A DNA stretch of 64,000 bases. Origin: an uncultured delta proteobacterium. GTDB taxonomy: Bacteria; Desulfobacterota; Desulfobaccia; Desulfobaccales; 0-14-0-80-60-11. Where the stretch lies: positions 13,574 through 77,573 of the forward strand of contig CAVTZS010000015.1 of the NCBI GenBank assembly GCA_963739295.1. The letters run 5' to 3'. The notes under the pieces were generated by a model. It ran no database searches, was not told the origin of the DNA, and saw only the letters and a list, made by a program, of their open reading frames with translations. The translations under genes and the position numbers were made by a program. Position 1 is the first letter of the stretch; each line of letters opens with the position of its first letter. Shown here piece by piece: positions 18,767 through 27,850 of the stretch.

Positions 18767-19354
18767 ATGAGGATCTGGATAGTCTTGACTTTATTGTTAA
18801 TATTAGCTCCCCACGCGAGTGCCGCGGCTCTGCGGATTAACCTGGTTCCCTGCGGTCCGGCGGCGCCGGCGGTCTTGGACTTCCTGAAAAGCGGCTTGCA
18901 GCAGGAATTTGCCGCGGAGGTGATCCAGAGTGAAGCGGTGCCCCTGCCGGCTACGGCCTATGATTCCCGGAGGCGGCAATACCGAGCTGAGACCTTTTTG
19001 CCCCTCCTCGCGCCTTACCGTCAAGGCCACAAGGATTTGGTGCTGGGAGTCACCGAGGTGGACCTCTATGTGCCGAATCTTAATTTTGTCTTCGGATTGG
19101 CGGACCCCCGGCAAAGATGCGCCATCATCTCCCTGGCCCGCCTCAACCCGGAAGTCTATGGACTTCCAGGCGCGCCCCATCTCTTTAAGGAACGGGCCCT
19201 GAAAGAAGCCGTCCACGAACTGGGTCACCTCCTGGGCCTGGGGCACTGCGCCAATCCCTCCTGTATCATGTTTTTCTCCAACTCCCTGGCGGACACCGAC
19301 CGCAAAGGCCCGGGCTTTTGCCCCGACTGCCGCCGTCGTGTGGGGCGGTTGTAG
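18767..19354 (+). CDS. amzA: archaemetzincin-family zinc metalloprotease
   Basis: HELGHLLGLGHCANPSCIMFFSNSLADTDRKGPGFCPDC matches the HExxHxxGxxxCxxxxCxM...CxxC signature. Confidence 0.8.
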   Translation: MRIWIVLTLLLILAPHASAAALRINLVPCGPAAPAVLDFLKSGLQQEFAAEVIQSEAVPLPATAYDSRRRQYRAETFLPLLAPYRQGHKDLVLGVTEVDLYVPNLNFVFGLADPRQRCAIISLARLNPEVYGLPGAPHLFKERALKEAVHELGHLLGLGHCANPSCIMFFSNSLADTDRKGPGFCPDCRRRVGRL

Positions 19355-19360
19355 GAATTT

Positions 19361-19552
19361 GTAGGGGGAGGGACAGGGACCTGAGGTCCCTGCCCTCCCC
19401 CTACAACCCCCTCCCCACCCGCATAAGTTAGCTGGGGGAAGGCGGGGCCAGAGGCCCCGCCTTCCCCGGCTCTAAAGAAAATCTTAAGGGGTTGGGGGAA
19501 GGGGTTTGGGGGAGGATTGTAAGTGGGTCTGCGACCCCTGGCCCCCTCCCCC
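19361..19552 (+). repeat. composite intergenic repeat, full-length copy, forward
   Basis: hp1 inner stem is GACCTGAGGTC. hp2 tip is GCTGGGGGAAGGCGGGGCCagaGGCCCCGCCTTCCCCGGC. Confidence 0.9.
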
Positions 19553-19558
19553 AATTCT

Positions 19559-21280
19559 TCATCCTTCCAATTCCCTCAACGCCTTACTTGCGAAGTCCAG
19601 GGAGGAGTCCAGGTCCAGGGCTTGTCTCAGCACGAACGCGGCTTCTTTCTGATGTCCCAGTCTGGCCAGGTTGATCCCTAAGTTGGCGTAGTCGATGGCG
19701 GAGCCGGGGTCCAGCTCGATGACCTTTTCGAAGCAGGCGACGGCCTGCTGATGGTCCTCAAGCTTGAAAAAGCAAAAGCCCAGCAGGTGATGGGCCTCTT
19801 TCAATCCGGGGTCCAGGGCCTGGGCTTGCTCCAAGGCGGCGACCGCGGCGGGGTAGTCTCCCAAGTCTTTGTGGCAGGCGCCCAGATGCACAAAGATGCT
19901 GGGAATCTCATGGGCAGGAGGGTTAAGCTCCAGGGATCTCTGAAAATGTTGCAGGGCCAGATCAGGCCGACCCAGATGCTCCAGGGTCAGGCCCAGGAAG
20001 AAGTGCACGTCGAAGCGCTCCGGAAACCTGAGGTTCAGCTTATTAAGGGCCGCCAGGGCATCCTGGGGCGGGGCGTAGAGGGCAGCCACCTTGGCCAGGT
20101 GAAAAATCACATTGGTATTGCGGGTGCGATCCAGAAAGTGGGTGCCGGGGATCAGGACATAGACCGCGGGGATGCCGATGGCCGGATGGGTCACCTCCAC
20201 GGCCAGCACCTCCAGATGGAGACGGGAAAGAGCCGAAAGGCAGTTACCAATCTCTTCCTTGAGGTTCGGGTGCGACAGGTTGGGCAGGGAATTTAGGGGT
20301 TTCAGGGGCCCAGGCTCCATCAAATAGGCGGCTTCCTCCAGGGTGCGATATTTCGGCAGGGTAGGGCGGTAGCTGGTGCGGCGGTGGAAATCCCCCGCCA
20401 GTTGGGCCACTTCGGTCAGGGCCCGGATCAGGGATTTGGTGGGATCAGTGGTGGTGCCGGCCGTGAAGACAATTTCGCTCTCCTGAGGAAAGGTAGCCGG
20501 ATCATAGGCCAGGGCCGCCACCGTGGGGATGCCGGTATCCAGGGAGAAGTCCCGGAGATAGACCTTAATGCCGTTTCTCTGGAATTTGGCCAGCAATTCC
20601 CGGGCCGCGGCATCCGTCACCGAGTCGGGGTCCAGACCCGGGGTGGAGCGGCGCTCATGGCTGATGACCGACCCCACATGGCGCTCCACCACCTCACACA
20701 AGGCTTGCAGCACCGCTTCTTCGGGACAGTTTCCCGCGGCCGGGCCGTTATATTCCTCGATCAGGTAAAACCAGTGGAGAGGGAGATAAACCGGCGCGCC
20801 GGTGGTCAAATTGGTGGCCGGGACAAAATAGAGCGGCCAGTCCTCATAGAGCCCGGCCGCGGCCAGGGCTTCTTGGGAATAATCGAAGAGGGAACGGGCC
20901 AGATAAGAAAAGCCTAAAACCTGGCCTGGGAGCTCCCGGGCCCGCGTGTAAACCAGCGGGCCTTCTTGAAGATAGGAAAAAAAGCTGAAGCGCTCCACCA
21001 GCTCCATCAGGGCGCTGGCCTCGGACTGGACCGGGGTGGCGCCTTTGCCCATCTGCTTCTGGGTGGGCACCACCCGCCGGGCGTCCACCCCCAGGAGGCT
21101 GATATAAATCGGGATATCCAGACGGCCGGAGTCGATGCGCATGGTTTCCTGCAAGATCTTAAGATCCAGCCGGGCCAGGCGCTCCCTCACCCGGGCGATG
21201 GTCTCCTGCGGGGTTAACAGCTTATCCTGGTCGTAGGTGTAGCCTTTAAAGGCGTCGGCAAGTTGCAGGGTTGGCAGCAT
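19559..21280 (-). CDS. YcaO-domain protein with C-terminal TPR repeats
   Basis: GKGATPVQSEASALMELVERFS is a YcaO ATP-binding-region pattern. The C-terminal ~170 aa show TPR-like A/L/G/Y periodicity (HFFLGLTLEHLGRPDLALQHFQRSLELNP...). Confidence 0.8.
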   Translation of the reverse strand: MLPTLQLADAFKGYTYDQDKLLTPQETIARVRERLARLDLKILQETMRIDSGRLDIPIYISLLGVDARRVVPTQKQMGKGATPVQSEASALMELVERFSFFSYLQEGPLVYTRARELPGQVLGFSYLARSLFDYSQEALAAAGLYEDWPLYFVPATNLTTGAPVYLPLHWFYLIEEYNGPAAGNCPEEAVLQALCEVVERHVGSVISHERRSTPGLDPDSVTDAAARELLAKFQRNGIKVYLRDFSLDTGIPTVAALAYDPATFPQESEIVFTAGTTTDPTKSLIRALTEVAQLAGDFHRRTSYRPTLPKYRTLEEAAYLMEPGPLKPLNSLPNLSHPNLKEEIGNCLSALSRLHLEVLAVEVTHPAIGIPAVYVLIPGTHFLDRTRNTNVIFHLAKVAALYAPPQDALAALNKLNLRFPERFDVHFFLGLTLEHLGRPDLALQHFQRSLELNPPAHEIPSIFVHLGACHKDLGDYPAAVAALEQAQALDPGLKEAHHLLGFCFFKLEDHQQAVACFEKVIELDPGSAIDYANLGINLARLGHQKEAAFVLRQALDLDSSLDFASKALRELEG

Positions 21281-21407
21281 GGGGGCTTATTCTCCGGGCA
21301 AATGTGACCTCACTCCTTACTTACACAATATATTTTCTAGATGCAATCCCTGGGGAGCCCTCAGTCGATTTTCTCTCCTTCAAGGAGGCCTCTGAAAAAG
21401 TCATCTT

Positions 21408-21594
21408 GAGGGAGGGGGCCAGGGGTCTGCGACCCCTGGCCCCCTCCCTCAAGCTCCCTCCCCCAACCCCTTGCAGGGTTAGAAAATGGCTGGAAAGTCG
21501 GGGCCATAGGCCCCGCCTTTCCAGCCCCTTCTGAGGGTTGGGAGAGGGGTGTGGGGGGAGGGCAGGGACCTCGGGTCCCTGGCCCTCCCCCCAC
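21408..21594 (-). repeat. composite intergenic repeat, full-length copy, reverse
   Basis: hp2 tip is GCTGGAAAGTCGGGGCCataGGCCCCGCCTTTCCAGC. hp1 inner stem is GACCTCGGGTC. Confidence 0.9.
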
Positions 21595-21617
21595 GAACCC
21601 ATTTCGCAGAGCTCTCT

Positions 21618-22355
21618 TCAAGATCTTGGGGCCAGGGGACCTGGCAGCCCAAAATCATCTCCCAGATAGGCGTCCTTCAGCCGGGGATGGGCCAGGAGTT
21701 CGGGGCCGGACCCTTCCAGCGCCAGGCGGCCGGTCTCCAGGACGTACCCGTAGTGGGCAATCTTCAAGGCCGCAAAGGCGTTCTGCTCCACCAGGAGGAT
21801 GGTGACCCCCCGCTGGTTAAGGCGGCCGATGATGCTAAAAACCTCCCGGACCAGGAGGGGGGCCAGGCCCAGGGAGGGCTCATCCAGGAGCAGCAGCCGG
21901 GGGTGGGACATCAGGGCCCGGCCCAGCGCCAGCATCTGCTGCTCTCCGCCGCTCAGGGTGCCGGCCGCCTGGCCCGGTCGCTCGGCCAGGCGGGGGAAAA
22001 GGTGGTAGAGCCATTCCAGGTCCCCCTGGATCTCCTTCTCAGGGCGAAAATAGGCTCCCAGAAGCAGGTTTTCATAAACGGTGAGGTGGGCGAAGATGCG
22101 GCGGCCCTCAGGAACCACGGCGATCCCCCGGCGGATGATCTCATGGGGCGCCAAACCCTGGATTTCCCGGCCGTCCATGAGGATCCGGCCGCTCTGGGGC
22201 GCGGCCAGGCCGATGATGGCCCGGATGGCGGTGGTCTTGCCGGAGCCGTTGGTCCCCAGCAGGGCCACGATCTGCCCTCCGGGCACGCTGAGGCTGAGCC
22301 CGTCCAGGGCCTGGATGGCCCCATAAGTCACTTTTAAATCCAATACTTCCAGCAT
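21618..22355 (-). CDS. livF: branched-chain amino acid ABC transporter ATP-binding protein
   Basis: GTNGSGKTT, LSGGEQQMLALGRAL, LLLLDEPSLGLAP. Confidence 0.85.
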   Translation of the reverse strand: MLEVLDLKVTYGAIQALDGLSLSVPGGQIVALLGTNGSGKTTAIRAIIGLAAPQSGRILMDGREIQGLAPHEIIRRGIAVVPEGRRIFAHLTVYENLLLGAYFRPEKEIQGDLEWLYHLFPRLAERPGQAAGTLSGGEQQMLALGRALMSHPRLLLLDEPSLGLAPLLVREVFSIIGRLNQRGVTILLVEQNAFAALKIAHYGYVLETGRLALEGSGPELLAHPRLKDAYLGDDFGLPGPLAPRS

Positions 22356-22363
22356 TGTGTTTT

Positions 22364-22467
22364 AGTAGCCAGTAGCCAGTAGCCAGTAGCAGTAGTCAGT
22401 AGTCAGTGGTCACATGGTAACTGATAACTGATAACTGGCAACTGAGAACTGGCTACTGACTACTGAC
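22364..22467. repeat. array of about 15 tandem heptamers with imperfect dyad symmetry
   Basis: Left half is AGTAGCC x3, AGTAGC, AGTAGTC x2, AGTGGTC. Right half is AACTGAT x2, AACTGGC, AACTGAG, AACTGGC, TACTGAC x2, which belongs to the reverse-complement family. The array fills the livG-livF spacer and covers the last livG codons. Confidence 0.85.
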
Positions 22468-23220
22468 CCCCAAATAGGCCCGGATGACCTCGGGGTCTTC
22501 CTGGATTTCGGCCGGGGTCCCTGAGGCGATGGTCAGGCCGTGGTCCAGCACGGTGAGGTGCCGGCACAGGCCCATGACCAGCCGCAGGTTGTGTTCGATC
22601 ACCAGCAGGGTCAGGCGGTAGCGCGCCTGGACCTCCTTCAAGAAGCTTATCAAATCCTGGGTTTCCTGGGGATTGAGGCCCGCGGCGGGCTCGTCCAGGA
22701 GCAGCAGGCGGGGCCGGGTGGCCAGGGCCCTGGCGATTTCCAGCCGGCGCTGGTGTCCGTAAGCAAGCTTGCCTGCGGGCTCCTGGGCCACCTTCTCCAA
22801 CCCCACTTCGCTGAGGAGAGCCAGCCCCTGGGCCAGTTGCTGCTGATTCTCCCGGCTATAGCGGGGCAGACGCAATACGGCCTCCCACCAGGCGGCGTGG
22901 CCCCGGCAATGGAAACCCACCAGCACATTGTCCAAAACGCTGAGTTCCCCAAACAGGCGGATATTCTGAAAAGTCCGGGCCACCCCCAGGGAAGTGATTT
23001 GATGCGGGGGCAGGCCCACAATATTTTTGCCGTTTAGAAAAACCTCTCCCTGGGTGGGCCTCAAGAAGCCGCTGATGATATTGAAAATCGTGGTCTTGCC
23101 CGCCCCATTGGGTCCGATGAGACCATAAAGACTATCTTCCGGAACTTCCAAGTGGAAATCCTCCAGGGCTAAAAGACCGCCGAAGCGCATGCCGAGGTTT
23201 TCAATCCTAATGAGGATCAT
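22453..23220 (-). CDS. livG: branched-chain amino acid ABC transporter ATP-binding protein
   Basis: MILIRIENLGMRFGG, GPNGAGKTT, LAYGHQRRLEIARAL, LLLLDEPAAG. The internal Met at 23220 is preferred over the track start at 23280. Confidence 0.85.
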   Translation of the reverse strand: MILIRIENLGMRFGGLLALEDFHLEVPEDSLYGLIGPNGAGKTTIFNIISGFLRPTQGEVFLNGKNIVGLPPHQITSLGVARTFQNIRLFGELSVLDNVLVGFHCRGHAAWWEAVLRLPRYSRENQQQLAQGLALLSEVGLEKVAQEPAGKLAYGHQRRLEIARALATRPRLLLLDEPAAGLNPQETQDLISFLKEVQARYRLTLLVIEHNLRLVMGLCRHLTVLDHGLTIASGTPAEIQEDPEVIRAYLGVSSQ

Positions 23221-23349
23221 ACGTAAATTAATCTTACAACCTCCATCCCTAGAAGGAAAGAGCCCCAGCAAGAAGAGCAATCAGATTATAGGGCTGGAAT
23301 TAGGGGTTCCGAAGAGATGGAAGGACGCTTAAGGGCATCGTGGAGGAAC

Positions 23350-23379
23350 AAAAAAGGCAGGGCCATGGGCGACCCTGCC
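23350..23379 (-). terminator. intrinsic terminator downstream of the PEP-CTERM gene
   Basis: Minus strand GGCAGGGtcgcccatggCCCTGCC followed by TTTTTT. Confidence 0.6.
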
Positions 23380-23409
23380 AGTCATGGTTAAGCCTCATGT
23401 TAGATTAGG

Positions 23410-24060
23410 TTATCTCCTCCTTTTTCTCCAGCCTACCACGCCCAGGAGGCCGGAGCCCAGGAGCCATAGGGTAGGCAGGACGGGCACTACCTGGGAACTG
23501 ACCGTTTCATTTGAACGTACGTATAACAAGTTATTATCATAATATATATTGCCACTATAAGCTTCGATATTACTCTGGGTCAATAGCTTGGGAAGGGGGG
23601 GAACCTCGCTATCGTCCCAAAATGACACGGGGACTTCCATACCAACTTCAACATCATATTGATTGCCAGAGATTTCGAAAGAAGATAAGGTCGCAAAGAA
23701 TTGGTCAAGGGTGGCTCCAGAGCTTGAGAACCAATTAAATAAGTAAGAAGGAAGAGATGAGCTGGGGGTGTAAGTCCCATCTGCATTGGTGCCGGAGAGG
23801 GTAAGGGTTAAGCCGTCCGGGTTATAAAATGCTTCGCTATATTGCAGACCTGAATTTACCGAAACGGGGGGAGAGGCCAGGGTAAAATTTAATATAAACG
23901 TGCCGGTGCCCGAGCCAATTCCCAAGGGGTCGATTGGGTTGCCAGAGTCGGCTTTGACAAAATTTTCCTGAATGTTGTAAGAGATGGTGTCCGCCTGGAG
24001 GGGATGGACCATCACGAGCGCCAGGGCCAAAGCCAACCAGATAAAAGTAGTTTTCTTCAT
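23410..24060 (-). CDS. secreted protein with PEP-CTERM sorting signal
   Basis: N-terminal signal peptide (MKKTTFIWLALALALVMVHPLQA). C-terminal VPVLPTLWLLGSGLLGVVGWRKRRR has the PEP-CTERM pattern. The gene is visibly AT-richer than its neighbours. SD is AAGGAGG. Confidence 0.7.
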   Translation of the reverse strand: MKKTTFIWLALALALVMVHPLQADTISYNIQENFVKADSGNPIDPLGIGSGTGTFILNFTLASPPVSVNSGLQYSEAFYNPDGLTLTLSGTNADGTYTPSSSLPSYLFNWFSSSGATLDQFFATLSSFEISGNQYDVEVGMEVPVSFWDDSEVPPLPKLLTQSNIEAYSGNIYYDNNLLYVRSNETVSSQVVPVLPTLWLLGSGLLGVVGWRKRRR

Positions 24061-24101
24061 GGCTTAAAAACCTCCTTACTTTCGGTTTAAACCGCCATTG
24101 T

Positions 24102-24137
24102 AAAAAAAACCGGATTGCCTCAACTCAGGCAACCCGG
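24102..24137 (-). terminator. riboswitch expression-platform terminator
   Basis: Minus strand CCGGGUUGCCU-gaguug-AGGCAAUCCGG (11 bp) followed by U8. The 5' arm overlaps the 3' strand of the aptamer. Confidence 0.7.
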
Positions 24138-24205
24138 CTATCTCCATCATTTAGAGACCCGTGGCTTTCCGTCCCCACCTTGCGATGGGTTTGGCCTTTT
24201 CTGAC
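24128..24205 (-). promoter_or_regulatory. c-di-GMP-I (GEMM-I) riboswitch aptamer
   Basis: Minus strand reads AAAGGCCAAACCCAUCGCAAGGUGGGGACGGAAAGCCACGGGUCUCUAAAUGAUGGAGAUAGCCGGGUUGCC. It tracks the recalled Vc2 pattern GGCAAACC-(GNRA hairpin)-GGGACGCAAAGCC-(hairpin)-AGCGGGGUUACC. Confidence 0.65.
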
Positions 24206-24328
24206 GATACACTGTTGTCATAACCGCAGGAAAATGTCAAGCAAAAAATGACAAAAAGTTTCAATAAAATAATAATTTTCAGGTATGGAGGTGGGAGCGG
24301 TCAGCCCCGACGAAGTGGGGGTCTTCCA

Positions 24329-25363
24329 CTATTTGGAAAGGAAGCGTTTAAAGGTGCGGCCGCAGATTTCCCAGGAGAATTCCCTCCTACCCAGAATACC
24401 CCGGCGGAAATAAATGATTACCAGGAGCAGCACTAAAGAGAGGATCACCATGCGCATGCCCGGGATGCCGGGGATGCTGAGGCCCAGGAGTTGCTGGGGC
24501 TCTTCCACGGCCCTGAGCCACTCTCCCGCCAGGGTGAAGAGCACCGCGCCCAGGACCGCGCCGGTGGTGGAGCCCAGACCGCCCACCACGATAATGATCA
24601 GAAGATTGAAGGTGAGAAAAAACGTGAACAGAGAGGGCGAAATGGTGGTGATCAGATGGGCCAGCAGCCCTCCCCCCATTCCAAAGAAGAAGGAGCTTAA
24701 GGTATAGGCCAGCATTAGGTGGCGAAAGGTATTCACCCCCATGGCCCGGGCCGCGGTTTCATCTTCCCGGATGGCCTGCATGGCCCGGCCGTAACTGGAT
24801 TTAACCAGGGCGGTGATCACCGCCACCGCGATGAGCGCCACCCCCCAGGACCACCAGAGATTGGTATAGGGGGAGAGGCCCTTGAGGCCCAGGGGGCCGT
24901 TGGTCAACCCCTGAAGATTGTTGGCCAGGACCCTAACCACCTCCCCAAAGCCCAAGGTGACGATGGCCAGGTAATCGCCCCGCACCCGCAAGACCGGAAA
25001 CCCGGTGAGGAAACCGAAGACCGCGGCCACCAGCCCCCCGGCCAGGAGGGCCCAGGGGAAGGGGAGGGACATCTGGCTTAAGGGCCCATAGAGGGGCGTG
25101 ATGATGAAGTTGATGGCCTTCTCCGCGGGCGTCAGGGTCAACAGGGCGGCGGTATAGGCCCCGAGGGTAATGAAGGCGTTGGGACCCAGGTGGAGCTGGC
25201 CGCAAACCCCGTTGATCAGATTATAACTCACCGCCAGGGTAATAAAGATGGCCATGTTGTTGAGGAGGCGCACCTGGTATTCGTCGCACCACTGGGAAGC
25301 TCCCCAGAGCAAGAGCCCCAGGACCCCGACCGCCCCCAGATTAAGCCAAGCTTTTCTCGTCAT
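24329..25363 (-). CDS. livM: branched-chain amino acid ABC transporter permease
   Basis: 344-aa polytopic ORF with a LivM-like core (GQLHLGPNAFITLGAYTAALL, REDETAARAMGVN). Confidence 0.85.
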   Translation of the reverse strand: MTRKAWLNLGAVGVLGLLLWGASQWCDEYQVRLLNNMAIFITLAVSYNLINGVCGQLHLGPNAFITLGAYTAALLTLTPAEKAINFIITPLYGPLSQMSLPFPWALLAGGLVAAVFGFLTGFPVLRVRGDYLAIVTLGFGEVVRVLANNLQGLTNGPLGLKGLSPYTNLWWSWGVALIAVAVITALVKSSYGRAMQAIREDETAARAMGVNTFRHLMLAYTLSSFFFGMGGGLLAHLITTISPSLFTFFLTFNLLIIIVVGGLGSTTGAVLGAVLFTLAGEWLRAVEEPQQLLGLSIPGIPGMRMVILSLVLLLVIIYFRRGILGRREFSWEICGRTFKRFLSK

Positions 25364-25374
25364 GGTGTTGGTTG

Positions 25375-25418
25375 GTGGGGGAGGGGGCTAAGGGCCATGG
25401 GCCCTTACCCCCTCCCCC
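25375..25418. repeat. composite intergenic repeat, solo hairpin derivative
   Basis: GTGGGGGAGGGGGCTAAGGGCCatgGGCCCTTACCCCCTCCCCC. Confidence 0.8.
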
Positions 25419-25427
25419 AAATGCCTT

Positions 25428-26324
25428 TCATAGCTTCTCCTCTCCCAACGCCTCCCCCAGCAGGCCGGTGGGGCGGGCCAGCAGGAGCAGGATTAGCAGG
25501 GCGAAGGCCAGGGCATCCCGGTAGCCGGCCCAGGAGGGGAAAAGGGCGACGATCAGGATCTCCAGCAGGCCCAAGATCAGCCCCCCTAAAACCGCGCCGG
25601 TCAGGTTGCCGATGCCTCCCAGGACCGCGGCAATGAAGGCCTTAAGTCCAGGGAGGATGCCCATGAAGGGATTGACCTGGGGGTATTTCATGGCCCACAG
25701 CAGGCCCCCGGCGCCGGCCAGCAAGGAGCCGGTAAGAAAAGTGAAGGCAATGATGCGGTTGACGTCGATGCCCAGGAGGCTGACGGTTTCCAGGTCCTGG
25801 GCGATGGCCCGCATGGCCCTTCCGGTCCGGGTACGATACACGATAAAAAACAGCAGGATTAAGAGTAAGGCGGTCACCAGGGGGATCAACAGACTGAGGC
25901 AAGGGATGAAGAGCCCGCCCCAGGCGAAGACCCCGGTAAAGGCGGCAGGCACCGGAAAGGGCTTGGGCCGGCCCCCGGCGATCACCAGGGCCAGGTTTTC
26001 CAGCAAAAAGGAGGCGGCGATGGCGGAAATGAGCAAGGAAATGCGAGGAGCCCGGCGCAGCGGCCGATAGGCTCCCCGCTCCAGCAACACCCCCAGCAGG
26101 CCGGTGAGGCCCACCGCCAGGCCGAAGGCCACGGGCCAGGGCCAGCTGAAGAGGCCCACCCCCATGACGCCCACGTAGGCCGCCACCATGAGCAAGTCCC
26201 CGTGGGCGAAGTTGATGAGCCTGAGGATGCCGTAAACCATGGTATAGCCGATGGCGATGAGGGCATAGAGACTGCCCAACGACAAGCCGTTGATCAACTG
26301 CTGCACCAGGGTGACGGAGTCCAT
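25428..26324 (-). CDS. livH: branched-chain amino acid ABC transporter permease
   Basis: LINGLSLGSLYALIAIGYTMVYGILRLINFAHGD. Confidence 0.85.
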   Translation of the reverse strand: MDSVTLVQQLINGLSLGSLYALIAIGYTMVYGILRLINFAHGDLLMVAAYVGVMGVGLFSWPWPVAFGLAVGLTGLLGVLLERGAYRPLRRAPRISLLISAIAASFLLENLALVIAGGRPKPFPVPAAFTGVFAWGGLFIPCLSLLIPLVTALLLILLFFIVYRTRTGRAMRAIAQDLETVSLLGIDVNRIIAFTFLTGSLLAGAGGLLWAMKYPQVNPFMGILPGLKAFIAAVLGGIGNLTGAVLGGLILGLLEILIVALFPSWAGYRDALAFALLILLLLARPTGLLGEALGEEKL

Positions 26325-26337
26325 AGCTTTTAGCCTA

Positions 26338-26518
26338 GGGATTGGGGGGCTATGGGCCGCAGGCCCTTAGCCCACATCCCTCGATCCCCTAAGTTTAATT
26401 TTGGGCTGGGGGAGTCGGGGCAAGCCTTGACTTCCCCAGCATTCTTAAGCGGGTTGGGAGGGGGGTGTGGGGGGAGGGCAGGGAGTTCAACTCCCTGGCC
26501 CTCCCCCCGCATCATCTA
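26338..26518 (-). repeat. composite intergenic repeat, full-length copy (hp3 degenerate), reverse
   Basis: hp2 tip is GCTGGGGGAGTCGGGGCaagCCTTGACTTCCCCAGC. hp1 inner stem is GAGTTCAACTC. Confidence 0.85.
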
Positions 26519-27739
26519 ATCCCCAATCAACTTCGAAAGCCCCAACAGGTTAATAATCTCCGGCATGACCTGGAGGCCAATTATCCGTCCCAGGCCGCCC
26601 CGGGCGCAGGCGCGCTCGCCGTATTGAGTGATATTATCGGTACGCACCAGGCCGTCCCCCACCATCATGAGGGGCACCGGGTCCCCGGAGTGGCGTTTCA
26701 GGGCGCACGGGGTGGAGTGGTCCGCGGTCACCACCAGCAGGTAAGGCGCGGTAAGGAGGAGGCGGGCCGCCACATCGATCTTTTCGATGAAGGCCAGCTT
26801 GCCCTTAAAGTCGCCGTCTTCTCCGAAGGTATCGGTGGCCTTGATATGAACGAAGGCGAAATCGTAAGGACCGGAGAGGGCCTTAAAGGCAGCCTGGAAT
26901 TTGGCCTCAATATCGGTATTGGGCAGGCCCGTGGCCCCCCGTACCTGAATGACCCTCATGCCGGTGAAGGCGCCGATGCCTTTATACAGGCCGCCGCCGG
27001 CGATGGTGCAGGCCTTGAGGCCGTAGCGCTGCTCAAATTTGTCGATTTGCTGATAATAGCCCGCGCCCCGGCCCAAGAGATAATTGGCCGGCGGCTTACC
27101 CTGGGCCAGGCGCTCCTGGTTCAAGGGATTGGCCTTAAGGATCCGGTGGGCCTCGGACAAAAGGTGATTGAGCACCCGGGCGGTGAAGGCCGCCTCCTTG
27201 GAGCCGTCCAGGGGGTGCACTTCATGGACCTTAACCCCCACTTCGTGGGGGTCATTGTCAGAAATAAGGCTGCTGAGCCCCGGACCCCTAAGGATAATGC
27301 CGGCCCGATGGCCGGTGCCGGGCTTAACCAGCAGGGTGACGCCCTGGTAAGTAAGGCCGTTCAGGTCTTTGACGAAAGGCCCGGTGTCGGTGATGCGCCC
27401 GGCCCGGCGGTCCACCACGATGAGATTATCGTCCACGGTGCCCAGGTTGCCCCGGAGGGCCACATCCCCGGGCTCCAGTTCCATGCCCAAGCCCGCTACC
27501 TCAATGGGGCCCCGGCCCGTGTAGTACTTATCGATATCATAGCCCAAGATGGCCAGGTGGCTGGTATCGCTGCCGGGCCGGGCGCCGATGCCGATGGCGT
27601 TCATGATGCCGGTAATGCCACGGGTGGCCAGGGCATCCAGGTTAGGGGTCCGGGCCGCCTCCAGGGGGGTCAGGTTTCCCAATTCCTTAATGGGGCGGTC
27701 CCCCAGACCGTCCATGACGATGAGCAGGGCCTTGTTCAT
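26516..27739 (-). CDS. apgM: cofactor-independent phosphoglycerate mutase, archaeal-type
   Basis: [40 protein letters not shown]. Confidence 0.85.
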   Translation of the reverse strand: MNKALLIVMDGLGDRPIKELGNLTPLEAARTPNLDALATRGITGIMNAIGIGARPGSDTSHLAILGYDIDKYYTGRGPIEVAGLGMELEPGDVALRGNLGTVDDNLIVVDRRAGRITDTGPFVKDLNGLTYQGVTLLVKPGTGHRAGIILRGPGLSSLISDNDPHEVGVKVHEVHPLDGSKEAAFTARVLNHLLSEAHRILKANPLNQERLAQGKPPANYLLGRGAGYYQQIDKFEQRYGLKACTIAGGGLYKGIGAFTGMRVIQVRGATGLPNTDIEAKFQAAFKALSGPYDFAFVHIKATDTFGEDGDFKGKLAFIEKIDVAARLLLTAPYLLVVTADHSTPCALKRHSGDPVPLMMVGDGLVRTDNITQYGERACARGGLGRIIGLQVMPEIINLLGLSKLIGD

Positions 27740-27850
27740 GGAATGCTCCTCAGTTATCAGAGATCGCTGGGATATTATATTGATTACCAGTAAATATCAT
27801 GGATATTGCTGGTCGCCAGCCAATAGACCTTTGGGTGTTCCTCCATCCCG

